A stretch of 63,869 nucleotides of DNA, the filler included, from Deltaproteobacteria bacterium (GTDB lineage: Bacteria > JACQOV01): the NCBI GenBank assembly GCA_016202395.1. It is 8 parts of 8 records of this genome, joined end to end, with 100 filler letters (N's around TTAATTAATTAA, not from the genome) between each part and the next. Parts side by side here need not be neighbours in the genome. Positions count along the whole stretch, not along the records: positions 49,577 to 59,754 come from JACQOV010000034.1; positions 59,855 to 62,435 come from JACQOV010000036.1; positions 62,536 to 63,869 come from JACQOV010000095.1; 5 more parts are not named here. The stretch is one strand, 5' to 3'. Below are positions 55,332 through 63,869 of this stretch, piece by piece. The notes below the pieces were generated by a model, which was given only the letters and a program-made list of their open reading frames with translations, did not search any database and had not been told where the DNA came from. How positions within the stretch are numbered: the stretch's first letter is position 1; each line of letters opens with the position of its first letter. The position numbers were made by a program, and so were the translations under genes.

Positions 55332-57075
55332 ACTTTTGCCTCTCTAAGGAGTCCCCCCCCAGTTCGTGCAACTCTCGAATCTTTGCAAGAATCTCAACCG
55401 GTGTAAATGGCACTCCTTGACATTTGGTGTAGGAAATTAAGTCAACAGATACCTGGGTTCGAATTAAAGTCGCAAGCTGCCCCGTAAAATTCAGCTCTGG
55501 GACTAAAATTTTCCGAAAGCATGATACGAATTGCGAGATCTCTCGGCTGCGGACGGGATAAAGCATTTTTGGAATCAACGTTCCTACCGAAAGCCCTTCA
55601 GCCTGTGCCTCTTCCACCGCTTCCCGCACAACCCCTGCTGTCGATCCCCAACAAATGATGCCAATCTCTCCAGACTCCGCTCCATACTGAGCAACAAAAC
55701 GAGGCTCTTCAACCGCTTTCTCCAACTTCTTGAATCGCTTGGCCATCATCTGTTCATGGATTTCTGGATCATATTGGGGATTCCCCTCTTCATCGTGCTC
55801 CAAGCCCGTCGCGATATAACGCCCTCCGGGATCTCCCGGAAGAGAGACTGGAGAAACACCATCTTCGGTAATCGCATAACGTTTGAGAGCCTCCCCATTC
55901 AAATGAATGGCTCGCGATCGTTGAACCACCGAAATTTGGCTCAGAATGGGGCGTGGAATCGTCTGCGTCCTTTGCGATAACGACTGATCCGTCAATAGAA
56001 CCACCGGAAGTTGATATTTCTCAGCCATATTAAAGGCCTGAACCGCCTGATAGAAACAATCCTCCACATCCATCGGAGCGATTACAATCCGCGGCCCCTC
56101 TCCATGAGCGCCATAAACCGCAAGATTTAAATCGCTCTGCTCTGTTTTGGTGGGCATCCCTGTGCTCGGACCCGACCTCTGAGAATCGACCACAACGACA
56201 GGGATCTCGGCCATCGAGGCAAGCCCCATCAGCTCTGTCATCAAAGAAAACCCTGGTCCGGAGGTGGCCGTCATCGATTTCTTGCCGGCATAAGAGGCCC
56301 CAATGGTTGCAGAAAGGGCCGCAATCTCATCCTCGGTCTGAACCACAATCCCTTGGAAGCGTGGAAGCTCCCGTGACATCCATTCTAAAATATCGGAAGC
56401 CGGTGTGATAGGGTAACCGAACATCGCGCGGCATCCTGCCACCACAGCCCCTAAACAAATCGCCTGATTCCCTGAAACAACAATATCATCTTTCTTCCGG
56501 GAAGGAGATTCCAGCCGGAACTCGGGACGAGCGGGGAAATTTTCCTGAACGTACTTCCAACCGGTTTCCAAAGCCAGAAGATTTTTCTCAATGAGGAGAT
56601 CCCCTTTGGAGGCGAATTTAGATCGAAGAATCTCTCGAACTCGGTCCATAGGGGCTCCCAAAATCTGAGAAATCGCCCCCAGGCAAACGATATTCTTGGT
56701 TAAAGGATTCCCAATTTGTTCACGGGCAATCTTCCCTAATGGGATAGCGTAAGGGAAACAAGCCTCTTGAGGCTCAAACTCTTGGGAGTCATAAATCAAA
56801 AGGGTGTCTTTTTCGATGAGGGAGGCGTTATTCTCATAGGCCTCTCGATTGAATAGGACAAGAAGGTCCGGATTTTCCCCCGCGGAGGGAACAGGGCCTT
56901 GAGTGGAGATCCGAACTTGGAACATGGCATATCCCCCTTTAATTTCAGCGGGATAGGTCCTATAGGTAAAAACGTCATAGGAGGATCTGGCAAGGGCCTG
57001 GGTGAGGATCTCACCGGTGCTAATAACCCCTTCCCCTCCTTCTCCTCCAACACGAACTAGAACCTCTTTTTTCAT
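55309..57075 (-). CDS. korA: 2-oxoacid:ferredoxin oxidoreductase alpha subunit
   Basis: GEGGEG, YPITP, EDEI, TSGPG, GPSTG.PT. Confidence 0.92.
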   Translation of the reverse strand: MKKEVLVRVGGEGGEGVISTGEILTQALARSSYDVFTYRTYPAEIKGGYAMFQVRISTQGPVPSAGENPDLLVLFNREAYENNASLIEKDTLLIYDSQEFEPQEACFPYAIPLGKIAREQIGNPLTKNIVCLGAISQILGAPMDRVREILRSKFASKGDLLIEKNLLALETGWKYVQENFPARPEFRLESPSRKKDDIVVSGNQAICLGAVVAGCRAMFGYPITPASDILEWMSRELPRFQGIVVQTEDEIAALSATIGASYAGKKSMTATSGPGFSLMTELMGLASMAEIPVVVVDSQRSGPSTGMPTKTEQSDLNLAVYGAHGEGPRIVIAPMDVEDCFYQAVQAFNMAEKYQLPVVLLTDQSLSQRTQTIPRPILSQISVVQRSRAIHLNGEALKRYAITEDGVSPVSLPGDPGGRYIATGLEHDEEGNPQYDPEIHEQMMAKRFKKLEKAVEEPRFVAQYGAESGEIGIICWGSTAGVVREAVEEAQAEGLSVGTLIPKMLYPVRSREISQFVSCFRKILVPELNFTGQLATLIRTQVSVDLISYTKCQGVPFTPVEILAKIRELHELGGDSLERQKYAATANS

Positions 57076-57162
57076 GATTCCTCCTCCATCATAAATAGCA
57101 GAGATATTAGCTGTTTTCAATGGTTCCCAGTATGATCCTCATCATACCTCCTCATGATCCTT

Positions 57163-57783
57163 TTACCGGATCGGCATACCGATCCGGACGCGCCGAAGTT
57201 CCTTGATCTCGCTATCCCATGACCAATAGAGGATCCATGCCCTCCCTTTAACTTGAAGGGGATCGACAAAACCCCAGAAGCGGCTATCGTGACTATCATC
57301 TCGATTGTCCCCCATGACGAAAAGTTTCCCTTCAGGGACCGTAACGGGCCCAAAATAATCGCGGTTGTACAATCCTTGGGGGACCATTCCTGGATCGCTA
57401 TGAACCCCCCAGGGATCCGAAATCTCCTCCCCGTTGATATAGATTTTTTTGGCCCGAACCTCCACTGTTTCTCCACCTACAGCGATCACGCGCTTGATGA
57501 AATCGATGGAGGGGTCTTTGGGGTACTTAAAAACAATCACGTCTCCTCGTTGAGGAGTATGATCCTGAAAAAGCTCCAGATCGATAAGAGGGATATGAAC
57601 CCCATAGGCAAACTTGAGGACAACGAGCTGATCCCCCACCAGCAAGGTCGGTTCCATGGAGCCGGAGGGAATTTTAAAAAGTTGGAATACAAAAGTTTTC
57701 AAAAGTAGCGCAAGCAAGAACGCAAAGAGGATCGCTTCTCCAAATTCCCGCGCCGCCCCTTTTTTCTTTTTACTTTGGTCCAT
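57163..57783 (-). CDS. lepB: Signal peptidase I
   Basis: IPSGSM.PTL, IKRVI, GDNRD.S.DSR. Confidence 0.95.
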   Translation of the reverse strand: MDQSKKKKGAAREFGEAILFAFLLALLLKTFVFQLFKIPSGSMEPTLLVGDQLVVLKFAYGVHIPLIDLELFQDHTPQRGDVIVFKYPKDPSIDFIKRVIAVGGETVEVRAKKIYINGEEISDPWGVHSDPGMVPQGLYNRDYFGPVTVPEGKLFVMGDNRDDSHDSRFWGFVDPLQVKGRAWILYWSWDSEIKELRRVRIGMPIR

Positions 57784-57791
57784 AAATCTCC

Positions 57792-59591
57792 TTAGTCTTT
57801 CGTTTTTAACACCGCTAAAAAGGCCTCTTGAGGGATCTCCACCTTTCCGATTTGCTTCATCCGTTTCTTTCCCTCCTTTTGCCGCTCCAAAAGCTTTCTT
57901 TTCCGAGTGATATCCCCTCCGTAACATTTGGCCGTCACATTTTTCCGCAAAGCCGCCTTCGTCTCGCGCGCAATCACACGGTTCCCAATGGCCGCCTGAA
58001 TCGCCACCTCATACATCTGCCTCGGGATCACCTCTTTCATCTTTTCCACTAAAACACGCCCTCGCTCATAGCTCTTCTCTCGATGGACAATAGTCGACAA
58101 CGCATCGACCGGCTCCGCATTGATGAGAAGATCCAGACGGATCAAATCCGAGGGACGGTAATCCAAAAACTCATAATCCAAAGAGGCATACCCCTTCGTA
58201 ACTGATTTCAACCGATCATGAAAATCAAAGATCACCTCGCTTAAAGGAAGCTCGTAGGTAAGAATCACTCGCTCCTGGGTGACATAACGGATCTCTTTCT
58301 GAACGCCACGACGATCGGCGCAAAGCTGGATCACCGCTCCAACGTAACCGTTGGGAAGATGCATGGTCGATAAAATATAAGGCTCCTCAATCCGCCCGAT
58401 CTTGGACACCGGCGGCAATTGAGCCGGGTTTTGAACCTCCAGGGTCTGTCCCTCTTGTGTGATCACTCGATAGTCCACAGTAGGGGCGGTGGTGATGAGA
58501 TTCAAATGATACTCCCTCTCGAGTCGCTCTTGGATGATCTCCATGTGAAGGAGTCCTAAAAATCCGCATCGAAATCCAAACCCTAGAGCGGCAGAGGTCT
58601 CTGGCTCGTAGCTAAAAGAGGAATCGTTGAGCCGAAGTTTTTCCATCGCATCCCGCAAGGCCTCGTAATCGCCAAAATCAACCGGATAGAGCCCTGAGAA
58701 GACCATCGGCTTGACCACACGAAAGCCAGGCAGAGGGGAATGTGTGGGACGCTGCGCCTCGGTAATCGTATCCCCAATCTTGGTGTCGCGAACTTCGCGA
58801 ATCGCAGCGACCATAAACCCGACCTCCCCTACCGAGAGACTCTTCACCTCTTGAGGATGTGGAGAAAAAACACCGAGTTTCTGAACCTCAAACACCTTGC
58901 CTGTAGAGATGATCTGTATTTTCATTCCCGGCTGCAACACTCCATCAAAAACCCGAATCAGAGTCACCACCCCTTGATAAGAATCGAACCAGCTATCAAA
59001 AATGAGGGCCTTGAGCGGGGCTTGAGAATCCCCTTTAGGAGGAGAGATTTTTTCGATGACTTTTTCGAGGATCTCGCGAATTCCGATCCCCTCTTTGGCG
59101 CTGGTAGGGATGGCCTCCGAGGCATCAATGCCAATCACCTCTTCGATCTCTTTGCGAACCCGGTTGGGATCGGCGGCAGGCAAATCGATTTTGTTTAAAA
59201 CAGGGACGATCCCAAGATTGTTCTCCACGGCAAGATAGGCGTTGGCCAGTGTTTGAGCCTCGACCCCTTGAGAAGCATCGACCACAAGGATCGCCCCCTC
59301 ACAGGCCGCTAAAGACCGCGAGACTTCGTAGCTAAAATCGACATGTCCGGGGGTATCAATGAGATTGAACTGATATTCCTCTCCATTCAATGCGTTATAT
59401 CGAAGTCGCACAGATTGAGCTTTGATCGTAATCCCACGCTCCCGCTCCAAATCCATCTTATCGAGGAATTGATCGACCCTTTCTCTTTCACTCAAGGCCC
59501 CGGTCAGCTCTAGAATCCGATCGGCTAGTGTCGATTTTCCATGATCAACGTGAGCAATAATGCTAAAGTTCCGAATGTGAGAGATGTCCAT
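57792..59591 (-). CDS. lepA: Elongation factor 4
   Basis: [26 protein letters not shown]. Confidence 0.98.
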   Translation of the reverse strand: MDISHIRNFSIIAHVDHGKSTLADRILELTGALSERERVDQFLDKMDLERERGITIKAQSVRLRYNALNGEEYQFNLIDTPGHVDFSYEVSRSLAACEGAILVVDASQGVEAQTLANAYLAVENNLGIVPVLNKIDLPAADPNRVRKEIEEVIGIDASEAIPTSAKEGIGIREILEKVIEKISPPKGDSQAPLKALIFDSWFDSYQGVVTLIRVFDGVLQPGMKIQIISTGKVFEVQKLGVFSPHPQEVKSLSVGEVGFMVAAIREVRDTKIGDTITEAQRPTHSPLPGFRVVKPMVFSGLYPVDFGDYEALRDAMEKLRLNDSSFSYEPETSAALGFGFRCGFLGLLHMEIIQERLEREYHLNLITTAPTVDYRVITQEGQTLEVQNPAQLPPVSKIGRIEEPYILSTMHLPNGYVGAVIQLCADRRGVQKEIRYVTQERVILTYELPLSEVIFDFHDRLKSVTKGYASLDYEFLDYRPSDLIRLDLLINAEPVDALSTIVHREKSYERGRVLVEKMKEVIPRQMYEVAIQAAIGNRVIARETKAALRKNVTAKCYGGDITRKRKLLERQKEGKKRMKQIGKVEIPQEAFLAVLKTKD

Positions 59592-59854
59592 AAAGTAGGT
59601 TTTTGATAATAGGATCCCCTCCCAAATTTGTAAAGCAGCCGCCATCGCTTTATCCACCGGAATGAACTTGTTCACACAAGAAATTTTTGACTGATTCAAT
59701 TGGAAAAGTTCACGGGAATGTTTTTTCTCGCTTCACTCGCAAGATTTTTGACCCNNNNNNNNNNNNNNNNNNNNNNNNNNNNNNNNNNNNNNNNNNNNTT
59801 AATTAATTAANNNNNNNNNNNNNNNNNNNNNNNNNNNNNNNNNNNNNNNNNNNN

Positions 59855-60620
59855 CTATGACGGAGCCATCCTCTTCGTCGCCGTCATCGAGTAGGTCGGT
59901 AACATCGTCAATGGTGTTTTCAAGGGTGTCTAGGATTTCATCGGTGACCTCGCCTAAAGAGAGTTGATAATCGAATGCGAGGCACCCTTTGTTAGGAGTA
60001 TCGCTGGGATCTTCAGGATCGTCATAGTAAAGGTCGATTCGTTGTTCTCCTTTGTAGATCTCGATACCTACCCAGCCATCTGTTTTTAATGAGGGGACCG
60101 AAAATTCGAGAGAGGTACCGCGTTTTGTGAATTCCTCTGAGCCGAGGGTGGCCAGTGGCTCCGATCCCTCAGGCATTTGACAATCGGTGTGTCCTTGATC
60201 ATCCACAGTGATTATAGGGATGAATCGAATCTGGTCCACGTTTTCTAAACTAAACTTCTCGGTGGCGCAGCCAGTAACCCCTTTGATTTTCACAACATCC
60301 TCTACCGTTCCGCTTTTGGGTGTGTATTGGAGAACAAGAACTCCACCCCCTAATGTGGGATCAAAACCGAGGGAGCTGCAGATAACCCCTCCAAGCAGTT
60401 CGCCCAAGGTCGGGGATTCTTCTGTTCCATCGGTCGAAGAGGGGTCTTCAGGTGAGCCGGCAGGAACCTCCTCTGCAGGTTCTGTGGAAGCGGCGCCGGA
60501 TCTTGATTCCTCGTCCCCACACCCCGTAGTCGTCACAAGGGGAACTATTAAGAGTAAGAAGGGGAGCATGCCGCTCAACAAATAGGTTTTATAACTTCTC
60601 AATGGCTTCAATCGGCTCAT
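59855..60620 (-). CDS. Acidic lipoprotein of unknown function (3' end lost at contig edge)
   Basis: Lipobox-like TTG|C; SD AAGGAG. Confidence 0.7.
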
Positions 60621-60690
60621 AATTTTCTCCTTTTTGGGTCAAAACGTCCCTTTTGTTATCCAACAAGGACCTCTTCCATAGAGAGGAGAA

Positions 60691-60706
60691 TGCAAGGGGC
60701 GTGCCA
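60691..60706 (-). promoter_or_regulatory. sigma54 promoter
   Basis: TGGCACGCCCCTTGCA. Confidence 0.75.
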
Positions 60707-60914
60707 TTCTTAGGTTTGAAGGGGTGATAGTATAAGTATATGAAATTAAATGAGATTTTTAATTTCTTTTTATGAAACAATGTGTCAGGGTGTCAAGTTT
60801 TTTTAACAAAAATAGGCCCATTTTGAACTAAGTGCCTGTTTTTTATATGGAATTCATCGTTAAGTTCTGTTCATACCCCAGTGTCAAAGAAGTTTCACAC
60901 TTCTGTGGGGCCTT

Positions 60915-61607
60915 CTATGGGGTGGTGATGTGAGGATTGGCGGTTAAAGCGATATCTACGGAGAGGGAGATCTTGGTTCCTGTGGGGCAAGGTAGCCCCA
61001 GCTCGTCCTCAAGAAACCGAACCACCTCGCTGTCCGAGTCGTTGCAGTCTACGGTGGTAGAGAGATCCTCCAGGCCGATCTTGTACGAACCGAAATCGTA
61101 GACCATTAGAATGGGAGAGGAGGCCCCCTGTGAGATGGTTTCATTTTTCAGGGGGATGTCGAGCCTGATCTGGACTGCGTCTCCGGAGAAGGTTCCTTTC
61201 GTCTTGCTACTATTGACAGAAAAAAGAACCTCTTCGCAGGGCGGGATCGTGGGATCGTTGCAGGTGAATGTCAGCGTAGCTTTTACCGCAAGGGACCCTA
61301 TTTTACACTCCCAATCGGTGGTTCCTTCGAGCTGCGCATTGGTTTGAAGATCGTCCCCAAACGGGGCGAGAGTTGCCTTCAAAGTGCTTTTTGTTAAGAG
61401 ACACGAGGCGAGATTTGTCCCTTCGGAGGTGAGTGTGATCGAGTTTGTGGCATCCGATGCCGGTGTAAAGGTGATCGCTTGAGCATTGTCTTGGGGGACA
61501 GGCTCGGGGGTTGTTGGCACATCTTCGTCATCGGTGGCGCTGCCGCATCCCGATAAAGCCAGTCCCAAAATAACCGTGATAAAGGCGTTTTTCATTTCCT
61601 TCTTCAT
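60915..61607 (-). CDS. Lipoprotein of unknown function
   Basis: Lipobox LSG|C; Thr/Cys-rich beta-like body. Confidence 0.72.
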   Translation of the reverse strand: MKKEMKNAFITVILGLALSGCGSATDDEDVPTTPEPVPQDNAQAITFTPASDATNSITLTSEGTNLASCLLTKSTLKATLAPFGDDLQTNAQLEGTTDWECKIGSLAVKATLTFTCNDPTIPPCEEVLFSVNSSKTKGTFSGDAVQIRLDIPLKNETISQGASSPILMVYDFGSYKIGLEDLSTTVDCNDSDSEVVRFLEDELGLPCPTGTKISLSVDIALTANPHITTP

Positions 61608-61628
61608 AATTTCACAACCTCTTGGGTT

Positions 61629-61976
61629 TTACCCATTCTTAAGAAGAAACTCCTGGAGCCACTCTCTCTCCTGGGGTTGGAGGGGCTCAAAAAGGACAGA
61701 AACCTCTTCCGTTCCACTGGCGTTTTGGATCGATTGGATGGTCCCTTTGAGAGACACGCGCCCTGTGCTCGGGAAAAGATCTATCTGCAATTGGCTCCCC
61801 TTTTGAACGGCCGATCGGAAAGGGAGACCTCTCACATTCTGTGTGGTAATCTCCGAGATCTCTAACCCGCTGGATCGGATGGAGGTTACAACACCGCGGA
61901 ACCCCACGTCAAGAAATCGACAGGATTCTGTCAGCAGCGTTGCGGGAATTGCAAGTGAGGGGATGGTTTGCATCAT
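61629..61976 (-). CDS. PilZ-like domain protein
   Basis: SI.SSGL.I, G.I......V.F.......L..FL pattern; RxxxR motif not evident. Confidence 0.5.
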   Translation of the reverse strand: MMQTIPSLAIPATLLTESCRFLDVGFRGVVTSIRSSGLEISEITTQNVRGLPFRSAVQKGSQLQIDLFPSTGRVSLKGTIQSIQNASGTEEVSVLFEPLQPQEREWLQEFLLKNG

Positions 61977-62335
61977 TATTGCAACCCCCTTTGAACTGCG
62001 TCCAGAAGCGTTGGAACAGAAAAAGGTTTTGTGAGGACGTCGATGGCTCCAATCGCTTTGAGTCGTTTTTGGTCTGAAGGGCTCAGGAATCCAGATAAAA
62101 CAAGCGCTGCGGTTTGGATCCTCTTCTTTCTCATGTGTTCCAGGAGTGTCCCACCATCCATGTCGGGCATCCTGAAATCGGTGATCACCAAATCAAAAAA
62201 TTCCCCCTCCATTCGAGACAGGGCCTCTCCCCCACCGTCTACCGTGGAGACGATGTATCCATTCATGGCTAGGATCTCGTAGATAGCCTCCCGAACGGAG
62301 GGGTCGTCATCAACAATTAAGATCTTATGCGACAT
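61976..62335 (-). CDS. Single-domain response regulator (CheY-like)
   Basis: ILIVDDD, DLVITDFRMP, KPF. Confidence 0.92.
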   Translation of the reverse strand: MSHKILIVDDDPSVREAIYEILAMNGYIVSTVDGGGEALSRMEGEFFDLVITDFRMPDMDGGTLLEHMRKKRIQTAALVLSGFLSPSDQKRLKAIGAIDVLTKPFSVPTLLDAVQRGLQ

Positions 62336-62350
62336 AGCACTTAGGAGAAA

Positions 62351-62419
62351 TGCAAGAGTCATGCCAAAGTCGGCGCATGGCAAAGTTTAATCGAGCGAAA
62401 AGTGTATAATATTTTGATT
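62351..62419 (-). promoter_or_regulatory. sigma54 promoter with an IHF site
   Basis: TGGCATGACTCTTGCA (62351-62366); AATCAAAATATTA (62407-62419) fits WATCAANNNNTTR. Confidence 0.72.
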
Positions 62420-62535
62420 TTAAATCGTTTTTATANNNNNNNNNNNNNNNNNNNNNNNNNNNNNNNNNNNNNNNNNNNNTTAATTAATTAANNNNNNNNN
62501 NNNNNNNNNNNNNNNNNNNNNNNNNNNNNNNNNNN

Positions 62536-62575
<40 letters not shown>

Positions 62576-62594
62576 TTCCAACATTGCATTCACC

Positions 62595-62667
62595 TGGGCG
62601 GAACAGGGATCGAACCTGCGACCTTTGCCTTGTAAGGGCAACGCTCTCCCAATTGAGCTATCCGCCC
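62595..62667 (-). tRNA. tRNA-Val(UAC)
   Basis: Full cloverleaf, anticodon arm TTGCC-CTTACAA-GGCAA. Confidence 0.95.
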
Positions 62668-62681
62668 TACAAACAAAAGAC

Positions 62682-62709
62682 AGCCCAGGAACCAACGGAA
62701 TCCTGGGCT
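62682..62709 (-). terminator. Terminator-like hairpin after hup
   Basis: AGCCCAGGA/TCCTGGGCT stem followed by GTCTTTTGTTT. Confidence 0.55.
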
Positions 62710-62757
62710 ATCCGTAAACCACTCACCCACAGATGAAAAGATCCAAAACGTCAAATC

Positions 62758-63033
62758 TTAGCGATTGACCTGATTCTTGAGGTCTTTGCCCGCTTTAAAT
62801 TTAACGTTTTTCGATGCCTTAATCTTGATCTGTTCCCCTGTCTGAGGATTTCTCCCCATCCGAGCTGCTCTCGAAGAGAGCCCAAAAGTGCCAAAACCGA
62901 CGAGCGTCACCTTATCTTTTCTTTTAAGGGCTGAAGCTACGGTTCCGGTAAAGGCATTGACGATATTCTCAACGGCTGCCTTTGAAGACTTTGCCTTGGC
63001 AGCGACGGCTTGAATCAGCTCTGCTTTATTCAC
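62758..63033 (-). CDS. hup: HU DNA-binding protein
   Basis: MNK.ELI, GFGTF, GRNPQTG. Confidence 0.95.
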   Translation of the reverse strand: MNKAELIQAVAAKAKSSKAAVENIVNAFTGTVASALKRKDKVTLVGFGTFGLSSRAARMGRNPQTGEQIKIKASKNVKFKAGKDLKNQVNR

Positions 63034-63159
63034 GGATTTTCCCCCTTTTTAGAGTTGTTATGGAATTTAACTGATGTTGCCACTATAATCAACGCGGAAA
63101 GCGCTTGTCAAGTGATTTCTCAATATGGATAAGGCTTCCAGGGAATGTGGGCCCTTAAA

Positions 63160-63869
63160 TTAATGGCGAAACGAGGGGGTGCGGTTTTCTTCCTCATCCG
63201 TCTGAGGATAAACAGGCTCCTCAACCCCCTCTTTTTCGGGAGTCTCTATCTTCTTCCAAATCTGACTTGGATCCTCCATCGCAAGGGCATGATTCAAAAC
63301 CTCATCCATGTGTTCCACACAAACAATTTTGAGAGAATTCAATATCTTTGAAGGGATCTCTTTGAGATCCTTCTCATTCTCCTTCGGAATCACCACCGTT
63401 TTAATATCCCCTCGATGAGCGGCAAGGAGTTTCTCCTTTAACCCTCCAATGGGAAGGACACGCCCTCTCAAAGTGATCTCTCCCGTCATTGCCAGGCTGT
63501 ACTTCACAGGGATCTTCAAGAGCGCCGAAGCAATGGAGGTTGCCATGGTAATCCCGGCGGAGGGCCCATCCTTGGGGATTGCCCCTTCGGGAATATGGAT
63601 ATGGATGTCCAATTTTTGATAAAAGTCTTTGTCAAAGCCCAACTCCATGGCACGCGATCGAACGTAGCTCAATGCCGCCTGCGCTGACTCTTGCATAACG
63701 TCTCCCAGTTTTCCGGTGACGATCAGCTTTCCTTTTCCAGGCATCACGGTCACCTCTGTTACCAACAGCTCTCCCCCCACCTCTGTCCACGCAAGCCCAT
63801 TCGTAAGACCGACCTGGTCCTTCTCTTCAATCCTGCCATATCGATACTTAGGAACACCGAGATACTTTG
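63160..63869 (-). CDS. lon: Lon protease, C-terminal part (start outside window)
   Basis: [23 protein letters not shown]. Confidence 0.97.
   Translation of the reverse strand, partial: KYLGVPKYRYGRIEEKDQVGLTNGLAWTEVGGELLVTEVTVMPGKGKLIVTGKLGDVMQESAQAALSYVRSRAMELGFDKDFYQKLDIHIHIPEGAIPKDGPSAGITMATSIASALLKIPVKYSLAMTGEITLRGRVLPIGGLKEKLLAAHRGDIKTVVIPKENEKDLKEIPSKILNSLKIVCVEHMDEVLNHALAMEDPSQIWKKIETPEKEGVEEPVYPQTDEEENRTPSFRH

Overview
The window is a concatenation of eight assembly contigs joined by artificial 100-nt N/TTAATTAATTAA spacers, so adjacency across spacers means nothing. It comes from a moderate-GC Gram-negative bacterium; a deltaproteobacterial-type metagenome bin is an inference. Housekeeping content: ffs-dnaX-ybaB-recR, thyX, moaA/moaC, korAB, lepA-lepB, nfo, hup, lon, tRNA-Val and tRNA-Asp. 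Accessory content: a sigma54-driven nitrate/nitrite reductase cluster, an Ehr-type (Ni-less) hydrogenase-related complex, many toxin-antitoxin modules and several families of REP/MITE palindromes. Four observations stand out. (1) tRNA-Asn(GUU) is split inside its anticodon (35/36) by a 550-nt group I intron encoding an HNH endonuclease. (2) Five 'shell-less' Rhs proteins have a Sec signal peptide fused directly to the Rhs autoprotease core, followed by unrelated C-terminal payloads (two are tandem HTH domains), with no immunity genes. (3) Different REP palindromes sit in-frame in the same loop of those Rhs cores. (4) The Moco-type riboswitch upstream of moaA carries a ~90-nt REP palindrome in its last loop.
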